Positions 39,892 through 49,823 of a DNA stretch of 64,000 bases are shown here, piece by piece. Location: positions 192,001 through 256,000 of the forward strand of contig JAXGMI010000003.1 of assembly GCA_040768745.1 (NCBI GenBank), in the 5' to 3' direction. How positions within the stretch are numbered: position 1 is the first letter of the stretch; every line of letters starts with the position of its first letter. This DNA comes from Desulfomicrobium sp. GTDB taxonomy: Bacteria > Desulfobacterota > Desulfovibrionia > Desulfovibrionales > Desulfomicrobiaceae. The translations under genes were made by a program, and so were the position numbers. The notes below the pieces were generated by a model. It searched no databases and was not told where the DNA came from. It saw only the letters and a program-made list of their open reading frames with translations.

Positions 39892-40047
39892 GAAGATGGA
39901 TTCCCGCCTATCCTGACGGGCGCACGTTCGTGGGATGACGCGACGATGTGAAGGCTTGAGGTTTGCCTGCCGGACCAGCCAAGGCAGATGCCTGCCCTCG
40001 ACGTCATTCCCGCGCAGGCGGGCTTGTACCCGATAGGGTGAATCCAT
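39892..40047. repeat. Inverted pair of REP-like palindromes (family 1, ATTCCCGCG.AGGCGGGAAT), each with an 18-nt insert
   Basis: Copies 39892-39940 and 40002-40047 match the intact copy at 48411-48442 once 39909-39926 and 40023-40040 are removed. Confidence 0.75.
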
Positions 40048-40274
40048 GCCTTTCAAAGCCGCCCCCATTCGCCATGCCGAGCATGGGTGCGCAACGGATC
40101 AGCGAGCCTTTTTGCGCGGCAATCCGGCCTTTCGCCGGCCTGATCCAGACCCAGTTCCGGTGAACCGCGCCCTTCTCCCCGTGCTGTTGACATTCCAAAG
40201 ATTCCTTACCATGAAGAGCCACTTCAGAGTAAGAAAACCGGCACAGTCCGAAATCTGTATTCCCGGAGGGGACA

Positions 40275-41909
40275 ATGTTCAAGAGACTTCTCGTCAGCCT
40301 CGCATTCCTGCTGCTCTGCGCCGCACAGGTCTCGGCGGAGGTCAAGACCTTCGCGGTCCTGCCCTTTGGCGTGCACGGCCCGCAGGAATATCAATATCTG
40401 AGCCAGGGCATCCAGAGCATGCTGACCACCCGCCTGACCTGGCCCGACACCTTCACGCCGTTGGATGCCGGGACGGTCAAGAAGGCCGTGACTGCACCTC
40501 CCGCCGATGCCGCCGCTGCCACCAAAATCCGCCAGGCCCTGGGTACTGATTACCTGGTGTGGGGTTCCCTGACCGTCATGGGTCAGGAATGCAGCCTGGA
40601 CGTCAACACGCTGGATCCTGCGGGTCAGAACACTCCCCATCCGGTCCAGACCACCTTGAGCCAGGTCATCCCCAGTTTGGAAACCGTGTCCAAGAACATC
40701 AATGCGCAGGTCTTCGGCAAGCCCGAAACAGCCGTGGCCAAGGCCCAGCCCGCGGTCCAGCCCATGAACCAGGCCCTCATCGTCAACGAGACCCAGGGCG
40801 GTACGGCCTATGCCAACCCCTCCCTCAAGTATCAGGACATGGATGCGAGCATGGGCCGCTGGCGCAGTCAGACCCTGCCTGTTGCCTCGCGCGGCATGGT
40901 CGTCTGCGACGGGGACGGGGACGGCAAGAATGAAGTCTTCATGCTGACCGAGACCACCCTGTTCGCCTTTCGCATTCAGCAGAACGAGATGCGCGAGGTC
41001 GCAAAGCTGGAGCTGCCCAAACATGTCAACTTCGTGCGGCTGAACAGCATCGACCTGAACCGCGACGGTCGCCACGAACTGGTCATTGCCGGGGCCATGG
41101 ACAAGGACCCGCGGTCCCTTGTGGTGGGATTCGAAGGCGGGAAATTCTCCATGCAGGCCGACCGCATTCCCTACTTCCTGGGCGTTCTGAACATGCCGCC
41201 GGCCTTCACCCCCACCCTGGTGGGCCAGGGCGTGGGCCAGATGAAATACCTGGACAGCAAGATCCACCAGATGATCAAGGCCGAGGGCACGTATGCCCTC
41301 GGACCGGCCGTGGACCTGCCCATGGGCGGCACAGTCTTCAACACGACCTTCCTCCCTTTTGAAGACGGGCACCAGATCATCATGGTCGACGACTTCGACC
41401 GCATGCGCATCTACAGCTCCACGGGCGCCCTCCTGACCGTCACCGAAGAAACCTATGCCGGGTCCAACCTGGGTGTGGAATACAGCACCGCCCCTCTCGG
41501 GCTCAACCCCCCGCGCGCCACGGAGGTTCCGCCGGACAAGGTCTTCATCCCTCTGCGGGGCATTCCCACAAACCTGGACAAGGACAAACGTTATGAACTG
41601 ATCATCAGCCGGAACATCTCGGTCTCGGCCCAGATTTTCTCCAACTACCGCGACTACCCCCAGGGCGAGATCCATTCCCTGTACTGGGACGGGGTGGGCA
41701 TGAGCCTGCAATGGAAGACGGCCCGCATCAAGGGCACGGTGACCGACTATGCCCTGGCCGACCTGGACAATGACGGGACCCTGGATCTGGTGGTCAACAT
41801 CAACACCCACACCGGCATGGTCGGCACGGCCAAGAAAAAGACCATGATCGTGGCCTACCCCCTGGATTTGTCCCAGGCAGGGGGGACGATTCAAAAAAAT
41901 GTACCGTAA
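40275..41909 (+). CDS. Exported FG-GAP/VCBS repeat protein
   Basis: Signal peptide; DGDGDGKNE, DLNRDGRHEL, DLDNDGTLDL repeats. Confidence 0.8.
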   Translation: MFKRLLVSLAFLLLCAAQVSAEVKTFAVLPFGVHGPQEYQYLSQGIQSMLTTRLTWPDTFTPLDAGTVKKAVTAPPADAAAATKIRQALGTDYLVWGSLTVMGQECSLDVNTLDPAGQNTPHPVQTTLSQVIPSLETVSKNINAQVFGKPETAVAKAQPAVQPMNQALIVNETQGGTAYANPSLKYQDMDASMGRWRSQTLPVASRGMVVCDGDGDGKNEVFMLTETTLFAFRIQQNEMREVAKLELPKHVNFVRLNSIDLNRDGRHELVIAGAMDKDPRSLVVGFEGGKFSMQADRIPYFLGVLNMPPAFTPTLVGQGVGQMKYLDSKIHQMIKAEGTYALGPAVDLPMGGTVFNTTFLPFEDGHQIIMVDDFDRMRIYSSTGALLTVTEETYAGSNLGVEYSTAPLGLNPPRATEVPPDKVFIPLRGIPTNLDKDKRYELIISRNISVSAQIFSNYRDYPQGEIHSLYWDGVGMSLQWKTARIKGTVTDYALADLDNDGTLDLVVNINTHTGMVGTAKKKTMIVAYPLDLSQAGGTIQKNVP

Positions 41910-42031
41910 AAAAAATTTAACTTTGAGGGAAAATCGAGGGAAAAAAGCTTGCTTTTTGAACTCGAGTTGCCGTAGTTGAAACCCAAGCGTCAGGTAATTC
42001 GTTTGTTTTTTAATGCTAAAGGAGGAAGAGC

Positions 42032-43378
42032 ATGAAACGTTTTGCACTCGTAGCCCTGTTGGCCGCCATGATGTTTGGCATTGCCACCAGCGCTTCCGCG
42101 ACCGAACTGAAAGTGAAAGGCAATTTGGACGTCTACGGATTGTGGTCGGCCAACCTGCGTGATTTCGACTCCGATGTCAGCGACGGTGACAATTTCGGCG
42201 CCACCCAGCGTATGCGCACCTACTTCACCTTCCTGGCCAACGAGAACCTGAAGGCGGTCCTGGGCCTGGAAATCAACACCGATTGGGGCCAGGGCGCCGG
42301 CGGCGACTGGGGTACTGACGGCACGACCGACACCCGCGTCAAGCACGCCTATATCGATTTCAACTTTCCGGACACCAAGATCAACACCAAGGCCGGCCTG
42401 CAGGCTATCTCCCTGCCCGGCGTCTTCGGCAACCCTGTTTTCAGTGACGACGCCGCTTCCGTGGTGGTCAGCGCCCCCATCACCGACATGTTCGGCCTGG
42501 CCGTCGGGTATACCCGCGGCGCAGACCGCTACGACCCCAATGATGTCAGCTTCAACAGAAACACCGGCGAGTTTGCTGACTATCCCGACCAGGACGACAT
42601 GGACATGGTCTTCCTGCTCGCCCCCATCAAGCTGGAAGGTTTCGCGGTCACTCCGTACTTCGCCTATGCCATGGTTGGCGAGAACGTGTCCTTTGCTGGC
42701 CAGCAGGGCTTGGATACCGGCAATGCCGCCTATGGGAATTACCTCCTTGACGATTCCACCATCTGGGTTGCTGGCGCCAACGCCAAGCTGACCGTGTTCG
42801 ACCCGCTGACCTTTGCCGCTGACCTGATCTACGGCGTCGGCGAGAACGACGACTACGAGACCAAGGGCTGGTATGCCGCCCTGGCCGGGTCCTACAAGTT
42901 CTCCATGCTGACCGCCACCCTGTTCGGCACCTACGGCACCGGCGCGGACGACGAGGACGACGAGGACAACTTCCTGCCGACCCTGGCCGAAGCCTGGGAA
43001 ATCACCCCTTACCTGGGTGGCAAGCGCGCCTTCAACACCGGCTGGTCTGATACAGGCTTCTTCACCGGCACCACCGTCACCGGCCGGGATGGAACCGGTA
43101 TCTGGACCGTCGGCCTGAGCTTGGACAAGATCACCTTTGTGGACAAGCTGTCCCACAGCCTGACCTTCGCTTATGCCCAGGGCACATCCGATGAAGACGC
43201 CGACGTGCTTTTCGACGAAGACGACTCCGCCTGGGAAGTGTACATGGTCAACAAGTACATGATCTACGAAAATCTGGCCGCCATCAACGAACTGGGCTTC
43301 TTCGCCCCGGATCTCGAAGATGCCGACGATGCCGACAACTCCTACTTCGCCACCATCGGCTTCAAGTACGACTTCTAA
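42032..43378 (+). CDS. Outer-membrane homotrimeric porin (copy 1)
   Basis: Signal peptide, QRMRTYF..NENLKAVLGLEI, acidic beta strands, C-terminal Phe. Confidence 0.85.
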   Translation: MKRFALVALLAAMMFGIATSASATELKVKGNLDVYGLWSANLRDFDSDVSDGDNFGATQRMRTYFTFLANENLKAVLGLEINTDWGQGAGGDWGTDGTTDTRVKHAYIDFNFPDTKINTKAGLQAISLPGVFGNPVFSDDAASVVVSAPITDMFGLAVGYTRGADRYDPNDVSFNRNTGEFADYPDQDDMDMVFLLAPIKLEGFAVTPYFAYAMVGENVSFAGQQGLDTGNAAYGNYLLDDSTIWVAGANAKLTVFDPLTFAADLIYGVGENDDYETKGWYAALAGSYKFSMLTATLFGTYGTGADDEDDEDNFLPTLAEAWEITPYLGGKRAFNTGWSDTGFFTGTTVTGRDGTGIWTVGLSLDKITFVDKLSHSLTFAYAQGTSDEDADVLFDEDDSAWEVYMVNKYMIYENLAAINELGFFAPDLEDADDADNSYFATIGFKYDF

Positions 43379-43404
43379 GCAAAGCCTACACACCTGACGC
43401 CTGC

Positions 43405-43438
43405 GGGCCGGAGACGCAAAACTCCGGCCCTTTTTTTT
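43405..43438 (+). terminator. Rho-independent terminator
   Basis: GGGCCGGAG-ACGCAAAA-CTCCGGCCC followed by T8. Confidence 0.85.
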
Positions 43439-43535
43439 CCGGCGCATCCGGTTTGAGCGGACGCGCACAGATGGGCTCTTACAGCAATACTCCGAGCTTT
43501 CGACAGAACACAGCGGGTGAACATGACGTTTGATT

Positions 43536-43570
43536 CGTCTTCGCGAGGCGTCTGCGCCGTGGCGATCCAT
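43536..43570. repeat. REP-like element, family 2, uninterrupted copy
   Basis: CGTCTTCGCGAGGCGTCTGCGCCGTGGCGATCCAT aligns without gaps to 51765-51817 minus its insert. Confidence 0.6.
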
Positions 43571-43735
43571 GCGGATACCTCATCTCCTCCCTGCCCTTGC
43601 CGATCGGTCGGTACATTTTTTTTAACTTTCCCTGAAAATATGCCCAAAAAGGGATTGCTTTTTGTACCTTCTTTAATCTAGAAAATTGAGTTGGCGTCAG
43701 ATGTCATTCATTATTGCAAAAGGAGAAAGTGTTCT

Positions 43736-45037
43736 ATGAAACGTTGTGCACTCGTTGCTCTGCTGGCCGCCATGCTGTTCGGCCTTGCCTTCAGCGCTTC
43801 CGCCACCGAGCTGAAGGTCAAAGGCAATCTGGACGTTCACGGCCTGTGGTCAGCAAACCTGAGAGATTTTGATTCCGACACTGCTGATGGGGACAACTAC
43901 TACACCACCCAGCGCATGCGCACCTACTTCACCTTCCTGCAGAGCGAAAACCTGAAGGCGGTCCTGGGCCTGGAAATCAACACGGACTGGGGCCAGGGCT
44001 CCGGTGGCGACTGGGGTACCGACGGCACCCTCGACACCCGCGTCAAGCACGCCTACATCGATTTCAAGTTCCCGGACACGGCCATCAACGTCAAGGCCGG
44101 TTTGCAGGGAATCTCCCTGCCGAGCATCTTCGGCAACCCGGTTTTTGATGACGACGCCGCCGCCCTGGTGGTCAGCGCCCCCATCAACGATATGTTCGGC
44201 CTGACCGTCGGGTATACCCGCGGCGCAGACCGCAACGACAATAACGATGTCAGCTTCAACAGAATGACCGGGGAGTTCACAGATTATGCCGACCAGGACG
44301 ACATGGACATGGCTTTCCTGGCCGCCCCCATCACCCTGGACGCCTTTGCCCTGACCCCCTACTTCGCCTATGCCATGATCGGCGAGAACACGGGCTATTC
44401 CTACCAGAATAATGATGACTCCACTGTGTGGATCGTGGGTGCCAATGCGGAACTGACCGTGTTCGACCCCCTGACCTTTGCCGCTGACGTGATCTACGGC
44501 GTTGGCGAAAGCGACGACTACGAGACCAAGGGCTGGTATGCCGATCTGGCCGCGTCCTACAAGTTCTCCATGCTGACCGCCACCCTGTTCGGCACCTACG
44601 GCACCGGCGCGGACGACGAGGACGACGAAGACAACTTCCTGCCCACCCTGGCTGAAGGCTGGGAACTGACCCCCTACCTTGGCGGCCTCCGCGCCTTCAG
44701 CACCGCTGCCTCTGACGGCTTCTTCACCGACACCGTGGGCGTGGGCAACTCCGGAACCGGCCTGTGGACTGTCGGCGTGAAGCTGGCCGACATCACCTTT
44801 GTCGACAAGCTGTCCCACAACCTGACTGTGCTGTACGCCAGGGGCACCTCCGACGAAGACGCCGACGTGTGGTTCGACGAAGAAGACTCCGCCTGGGAAG
44901 TGTACATGGTCAACAAGTACATGATCTACGAGAACCTGGCCGCCATCAACGAACTGGGCTTCTTCGCCCTGGATCATGACGATGCGGATACCGACAACTC
45001 CTACTTCGGTTCTGTCGGCTTGTCCTACAAGTTCTAG
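43736..45037 (+). CDS. Outer-membrane homotrimeric porin (copy 2)
   Basis: Close paralog of 42032..43378; C-terminal Phe; AGGAG RBS. Confidence 0.85.
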   Translation: MKRCALVALLAAMLFGLAFSASATELKVKGNLDVHGLWSANLRDFDSDTADGDNYYTTQRMRTYFTFLQSENLKAVLGLEINTDWGQGSGGDWGTDGTLDTRVKHAYIDFKFPDTAINVKAGLQGISLPSIFGNPVFDDDAAALVVSAPINDMFGLTVGYTRGADRNDNNDVSFNRMTGEFTDYADQDDMDMAFLAAPITLDAFALTPYFAYAMIGENTGYSYQNNDDSTVWIVGANAELTVFDPLTFAADVIYGVGESDDYETKGWYADLAASYKFSMLTATLFGTYGTGADDEDDEDNFLPTLAEGWELTPYLGGLRAFSTAASDGFFTDTVGVGNSGTGLWTVGVKLADITFVDKLSHNLTVLYARGTSDEDADVWFDEEDSAWEVYMVNKYMIYENLAAINELGFFALDHDDADTDNSYFGSVGLSYKF

Positions 45038-45064
45038 TTCTGGTTTTTTCATCTGACGCCCCAA

Positions 45065-45098
45065 GGGCCGGAGACGCAAAACTCCGGCCTTTTTTTTT
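45065..45098 (+). terminator. Rho-independent terminator
   Basis: Same hairpin as after porin 1, followed by T tract. Confidence 0.85.
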
Positions 45099-45205
45099 GC
45101 CAGCAACCCGTTCATCGCTCATTAACCTGGCGTGTCCCGGTTCACGGCCGATGAAGGGTTTGACTTTTCAGGGGTTGGCGGCATAGAAAATGGCGTTGGA
45201 CAATA

Positions 45206-45251
45206 CGTCTCCCTTGGGGACGAGACGGATTCCCGCGAAGGCGGGAATCCA
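45206..45251. repeat. REP-like palindrome family 1 with 19-nt insert
   Basis: CGTC[TCCCTTGGGGACGAGACGG]ATTCCCGCGAAGGCGGGAATCCA. Confidence 0.7.
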
Positions 45252-45302
45252 AGTCTTTGCCCGGGCAATCCGCACGCCCGGAACAGCAACATGAGAACAT
45301 CG

Positions 45303-46604
45303 ATGCCCTTACATTCCATATCCTATTCTTCTTCCCAAGATTGGCCAGCCATCTCCTCCTGGCTGTCCCGCCGGGATGCATCCGCGGACAATGTCGAACC
45401 CCTGGTGCGCGACATCCTGGCCGCTGTCCGGGAACGCGGCGACGAAGCGGTCATCGGGTATGCCAGACGGTTCGACTGCCCGACCTTCTCCGCGGAACAG
45501 CTGGCCGTGTCCGGAAAGCAGATCGCCCGCGCCCTGGACCACATCCCAGCCGAGGATGCCGGGATCATCGCCGAGGCCGCCGGCAACATCCGCTCTTTTC
45601 ACGAGCATCAGAAACAGCGCTCCTGGATCACCACCCCCGCCCCCGGCACGACCCTGGGCCAGCTCATCCTGCCTGTGGACCGGGCCGGGCTGTATGTCCC
45701 CGGCGGTCAGGGCGGGGAGACGCCCCTCATCTCCAGCCTGATGATGAACGCCATCCCGGCGCAGGTGGCCGGGGTGAAGAGCATCTGCGTGGTCAGCCCC
45801 CCCCGCAAGGACGGTTCGTTGAATCCCTATATCCTTGCCACGGCGGCCATTCTCGGCATCGACACGGTCTTTCTGTGCGGGTCGGCCTGGGCCATTGCGG
45901 CCCTGGCCTACGGCACGGCCAGCATTCCGCGGGTCGATGTCATCGCCGGTCCTGGCAATATCTTCGTGACCACGGCCAAGCGCCTTCTGGTCGGCCAGGT
46001 CGGCATCGACATGATCGCCGGACCGAGTGAAATCGCCATCCTGGCCGACTCCTCGGCCAACCCGAAATGGCTGGCCGCTGACATGCTCTCCCAGGCCGAG
46101 CACGACCCCCTGGCTTCAAGCCTCCTGGTTTCGCCTGATGCCGCGTTGCTGCACGCCGTCAGGGATGAACTCGCGGTCCAGCTTTCCGCCCTGCCCCGGG
46201 CCGAGATCGCGGCCAAGGCCATGTCCGACTGGAGCGCGCTGATCCAGGTGCCCAGCCTGGAAGCCGGCATGGACCTGATCAACCTGCTCGCCCCTGAGCA
46301 TTTCGAGCTGTGCGTGTCCGACCCGTGGCCCCTGCTCGGCATGGTCCGCAATGCCGGCGCGGTGTTCATGGGCCACAGCACCCCCGAGCCCGTGGGCGAC
46401 TATTTCGCCGGGCCCAACCACGTCCTGCCGACCCTGTCCACGGCCCGCTTCTCCTCGGCCTTGTCCGTGGACACATTCTGCAAAAAAACAAGCCTCATCA
46501 GCACGGACATGCGGTACATGCAAACCCATGGCCGTAAAATTTCCCGTTTGGCCCGGCTGGAGGGCCTTGAAGCCCATGCCCGCAGCGTGGAGCAACGACT
46601 GTAA
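45303..46604 (+). CDS. hisD: Histidinol dehydrogenase
   Basis: GLYVPGG, GPGNIFV, DMIAGPSE, SQAEHD, APEH, GDYFAGPNHVLPT; start may be 45291. Confidence 0.95.
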   Translation: MPLHSISYSSSQDWPAISSWLSRRDASADNVEPLVRDILAAVRERGDEAVIGYARRFDCPTFSAEQLAVSGKQIARALDHIPAEDAGIIAEAAGNIRSFHEHQKQRSWITTPAPGTTLGQLILPVDRAGLYVPGGQGGETPLISSLMMNAIPAQVAGVKSICVVSPPRKDGSLNPYILATAAILGIDTVFLCGSAWAIAALAYGTASIPRVDVIAGPGNIFVTTAKRLLVGQVGIDMIAGPSEIAILADSSANPKWLAADMLSQAEHDPLASSLLVSPDAALLHAVRDELAVQLSALPRAEIAAKAMSDWSALIQVPSLEAGMDLINLLAPEHFELCVSDPWPLLGMVRNAGAVFMGHSTPEPVGDYFAGPNHVLPTLSTARFSSALSVDTFCKKTSLISTDMRYMQTHGRKISRLARLEGLEAHARSVEQRL

Positions 46605-46616
46605 CCCGGAGGTTGC

Positions 46617-47516
46617 ATGAACATCGTCACCAAGACCAATATCCGCGAATTCCCCCTCCTTTCGCGCGGAAAAGTTCGCGATATCTATGAAATCGATGCG
46701 CAGACCCTGCTCATCGTGACCACGGACCGCATGTCCGCCTTTGACGTGGTCATGAACGAGGCCATCCCGTACAAAGGCGTGGTCCTGAACCGGATCACCG
46801 TGTTCTGGATGGACACATTCAAGGATCTGGTCGCCAATCACCTCCTGGCCACGGATGTGCGCGACTTCCCGGCGGCCCTGACCCCGTATCACGACCAGCT
46901 GGAAGGGCGGGCAGTGCTGGTCCGACGGGCCAGGCCCCTGCCCATCGAATGCATCGTGCGCGGCTACCTGACCGGCTCGGGCTACAAGGACTATCTCGCC
47001 ACGGGCTCGGTCAGCGGCCACAAGCTCCCGGCCGGACTGGTCGACGCGGACAAGCTGGAAAAACCTCTGTTCACCCCGTCCACCAAGGCCGATCTTGGCC
47101 AGCACGACGAGAACATCAGCCTGGCCGACGCCAAATCCCGCATCGGCGAAGGACTGGTCAAAAAAGTGCAGGATCTGTCCTTGGCCATCTACTCCCGCGG
47201 CCGGGATCTGGCTGCCAGCCGTGGCATCATCATCGCCGACACCAAATTCGAGTTTGGTCTGGACGGCAAGGAACTTCTGCTCATCGACGAGGTGCTGACC
47301 CCGGATTCCTCCCGCTTCTGGCCGGCCGGCCAGTACGCGCCTGGGAAATCCCAGCCCAGCTTCGACAAGCAGTATCTGCGGGACTGGCTGAGCGGCACCG
47401 GGTGGGACAAGACCCCGCCTCCGCCGGCTCTCCCGGCCGAAGTCATCGCCGAGACACAGAAGAAATACCTGGAAGCCTACGAACTGCTGACTGGCGAACC
47501 CTTGCAATTGCCGTAA
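46617..47516 (+). CDS. purC: SAICAR synthetase
   Basis: GKVRDIY, TDRMSAFD, ECIVRGYL, ADTKFEFG, DEVLTPDSSR, SFDKQ. Confidence 0.96.
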   Translation: MNIVTKTNIREFPLLSRGKVRDIYEIDAQTLLIVTTDRMSAFDVVMNEAIPYKGVVLNRITVFWMDTFKDLVANHLLATDVRDFPAALTPYHDQLEGRAVLVRRARPLPIECIVRGYLTGSGYKDYLATGSVSGHKLPAGLVDADKLEKPLFTPSTKADLGQHDENISLADAKSRIGEGLVKKVQDLSLAIYSRGRDLAASRGIIIADTKFEFGLDGKELLLIDEVLTPDSSRFWPAGQYAPGKSQPSFDKQYLRDWLSGTGWDKTPPPPALPAEVIAETQKKYLEAYELLTGEPLQLP

Positions 47517-47529
47517 GGCGCAACCCAAC

Positions 47530-48306
47530 ATGGAGAAGCACATGCTCGTCCAAGGAAAAAAAGCTTTGATCTTCGGAGTGGCCAACGACAAGAGCATCGC
47601 CTACGCCATTGCCAAGGAACTCAAGGAGAATGGCGCATCCATTGCCCTTTCCTATGCCGGCGAGGCCCTCAAAAAACGGGTCGAACCGATTCACGAGGAA
47701 CTGAACGGGGACTTCCTCTTCCAGTGCGACGTGACCGACGACCAGGCCCTGGTCCAATCCGCCGAGCTGGTGAAGGAGAAATGGGGCAATTTCGATATCC
47801 TGGTCCATTCCATAGCCTTTGCCAACCGCGACGATCTGAAAGGCCGCTATGTCGACACGCCCCGGGCAGGGTTCCATTTGGCCATGGACATTTCGGCCTA
47901 TTCCCTGGTGGCCCTGTGTCAGGCCTTTGAGAAGATGATCAATGACCACGGCTCGATCATGGCCATGACCTATTACGGGTCCGAGAAAGTCATCCCCAAT
48001 TACAACATCATGGGCGTGGCCAAGGCCGCCCTGGAAACCAGCGTCCGCTATCTGGCCATGGACCTGGGCGAGCGGGGAATCCGGGTCAACGCCATCAGCG
48101 CCGGTCCCCTCAAGACCCTGGCCTCGTCCGGCATCTCCGGCTTCAAAACCATTCTGTCCACCATCGAGGAGCGCGCCCCCCTGCGCCGCAACATCGTGCA
48201 GGAAGACGTGGGCAAGACCGGACTGTTCCTGGCCTCGGACCTGTCCCTGTCCATCACCGGGGAAGTCATCCACGTGGACTCCGGCTACAACATCATGGGG
48301 ATCTGA
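47530..48306 (+). CDS. fabI: Enoyl-ACP reductase
   Basis: GVANDKSIA, HSIAFA, YNIMGVAKAALE, AISAGPLKTLA. Confidence 0.95.
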   Translation: MEKHMLVQGKKALIFGVANDKSIAYAIAKELKENGASIALSYAGEALKKRVEPIHEELNGDFLFQCDVTDDQALVQSAELVKEKWGNFDILVHSIAFANRDDLKGRYVDTPRAGFHLAMDISAYSLVALCQAFEKMINDHGSIMAMTYYGSEKVIPNYNIMGVAKAALETSVRYLAMDLGERGIRVNAISAGPLKTLASSGISGFKTILSTIEERAPLRRNIVQEDVGKTGLFLASDLSLSITGEVIHVDSGYNIMGI

Positions 48307-48332
48307 TCCATTCCCGGACATCAGACGACATC

Positions 48333-48361
48333 AAACCCCTTCCCGCGAAGGGGTTTTTTTT
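48333..48361 (+). terminator. Rho-independent terminator
   Basis: AAACCCCTTC-CCGC-GAAGGGGTTT followed by T tract. Confidence 0.8.
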
Positions 48362-48410
48362 CGCCTTCAATCCTCTTTCCGATTCATTGTTCACGACCCC
48401 GCCCCCCGAT

Positions 48411-48562
48411 GAAGATGGATTCCCGCCTTCGCGGGAATGACGCTTCCGGTCTCGTCAATTCTTCTTCCTATTCGGCCTTCCGATGAATAACGGACCGTCC
48501 GCGCAACATCCGGGCATTCCCGCGCACGTGTGCACAGCATGGGCAGGTGGGAATCCATCTTC
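48411..48562. repeat. Inverted pair of family 1 REP-like palindromes (one intact, one with a 19-nt insert)
   Basis: GAAGATGGATTCCCGCCTTCGCGGGAATGACG (48411-48442); CATTCCCGCGCA[19 nt]GGTGGGAATCCATCTTC (48515-48562). Confidence 0.8.
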
Positions 48563-48605
48563 CTGCAGCCAACCGCGACAACAATTCCGTCCTCCAGCGC
48601 CTCAA

Positions 48606-48779
48606 GGTCCGTTGGCGGCGGGGCATTCGACCCCGTCGGCTGTCTGACTGAGCCAGGCATCGTTTGTTGAATCGTTGTCTGACGCGCGGCCTGGATTTCG
48701 CACACGACACGCAACGATTCAACTCTAAGAGGCCAGCGAAGGAGTTCCGGCGGGTCGAATGCCCCGCCGCCAACGGACC
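48606..48779. mobile_element. MITE-like element with perfect 28-bp terminal inverted repeats
   Basis: GGTCCGTTGGCGGCGGGGCATTCGACCC (48606-48633) and its complement (48752-48779); inner 12-bp IR at 48666-48677 / 48712-48723. Confidence 0.6.
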
Positions 48780-48925
48780 GCCTCGCGCATACCTCACACC
48801 TCATGCCTCATACCGCTTGCATCTTCCGCAAGCCGCAGCCCCTTCCTTTCCAACCGCCACCTTGCGCCGCGCCCGAAGATGCTTATTTCCCAATACTTCA
48901 ACACCATAAACCGGAGGCCACCCTC

Positions 48926-49357
48926 ATGGAAAAAATACACGCCGTCTGTCCCAACTGCCAGGCCGTCAACGCCGTGCTGGCCGAGCGCATCCCCCAGCAA
49001 CCTGTCTGCGGGAAATGCGGGACCGCACTCCTGTCCGGCCATCCCGTGGATCTCACGGACCTGACCTTCGACCGCCTCATTTCCCGCTCCACCCTGCCCG
49101 TGGTGGTCGATTTCTGGGCGCCCTGGTGCGGGCCCTGCAAGATGATGGGCCCGGCCTTCGCGCAGGCCGCTGCCGCGCTGCAAGGGCAGGCGGTTCTGGC
49201 CAAACTGGACACCGAATCCCACGGAACAGTGGCGTCCAGGTTTGGAATCCAGTCCGTGCCCAGCATGATCCTGTTCCGTCAGGGCAGGGAAACAGCCCGT
49301 ACGGCCGGGGCCATGCCCCCCGGGCAGATCCTGTCCTGGGTGCGCCAGCATCTCTAG
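48926..49357 (+). CDS. trxC: Thioredoxin 2 with N-terminal zinc finger
   Basis: CPNC..CGKC followed by WCGPC; GGAGG RBS. Confidence 0.92.
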   Translation: MEKIHAVCPNCQAVNAVLAERIPQQPVCGKCGTALLSGHPVDLTDLTFDRLISRSTLPVVVDFWAPWCGPCKMMGPAFAQAAAALQGQAVLAKLDTESHGTVASRFGIQSVPSMILFRQGRETARTAGAMPPGQILSWVRQHL

Positions 49358-49447
49358 ACATTGTGCGGAAACGGAAATTGCGGCACCCCGACAATTTTCC
49401 ACTTGCCAAAGAAATTCGCGTGACATAGAGACGGATTTCTCTCGCGC

Positions 49448-49539
49448 GGAGAGGTGGCCGAGTCTGGCTTAAGGCGCACGCCTGGAAAGTGTGTGTACCT
49501 TAACGGGTACCGGAGGTTCAAATCCTCTCCTCTCCGCCA
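49448..49539 (+). tRNA. tRNA-Ser(GGA)
   Basis: GGAGAGG/CCTCTCC acceptor stem, CT-GGA-AA anticodon loop, long variable arm, GGTTCAAATCC, encoded CCA. Confidence 0.95.
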
Positions 49540-49555
49540 CTCCTACAAATTGAGC

Positions 49556-49638
49556 GAAGCCGGGTGGCGGAAACGCTGCCAACCCCGTCAGGTCTGAAAG
49601 GAAGCAGCGGTAACAGTTGTTTTCGGGTACCTGGCTTC
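49556..49638 (+). ncRNA. ffs: Signal recognition particle RNA (4.5S)
   Basis: TCAGGTCTGAAAGGAAGCAGC core in a long hairpin GAAGCCGGGT..ACCTGGCTTC; ends approximate. Confidence 0.9.
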
Positions 49639-49823
49639 CCTGGCAGGTGCGACATGTTCGTTCCTGCCTTTTCTTTTTTCTCCCCCCTTGACGCCGCCCT
49701 GAATCCATCCAATGAAGAATGGATGGCATATCGACATTGAATCCATCAATGCCCCCCATTTGTGTTTTCAGTTTCAATCTGAATACAATTTCAGGTACTG
49801 CCAAAATTCCTCAAGGAGGAGCC

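Noticed and set aside
43405..43438. GACGCAAAACTCCGGCC resembling part of a c-di-GMP-I riboswitch (also at 45065)
   Set aside because: The GGCAAAC/GAAA P2 arm is missing; it is a simple terminator hairpin with a T tract after each porin
39892..48562. Repeat plus variable insert pattern as a CRISPR array
   Set aside because: Copies are dispersed and inverted, inserts fall inside the repeats at different positions, and no cas genes are present
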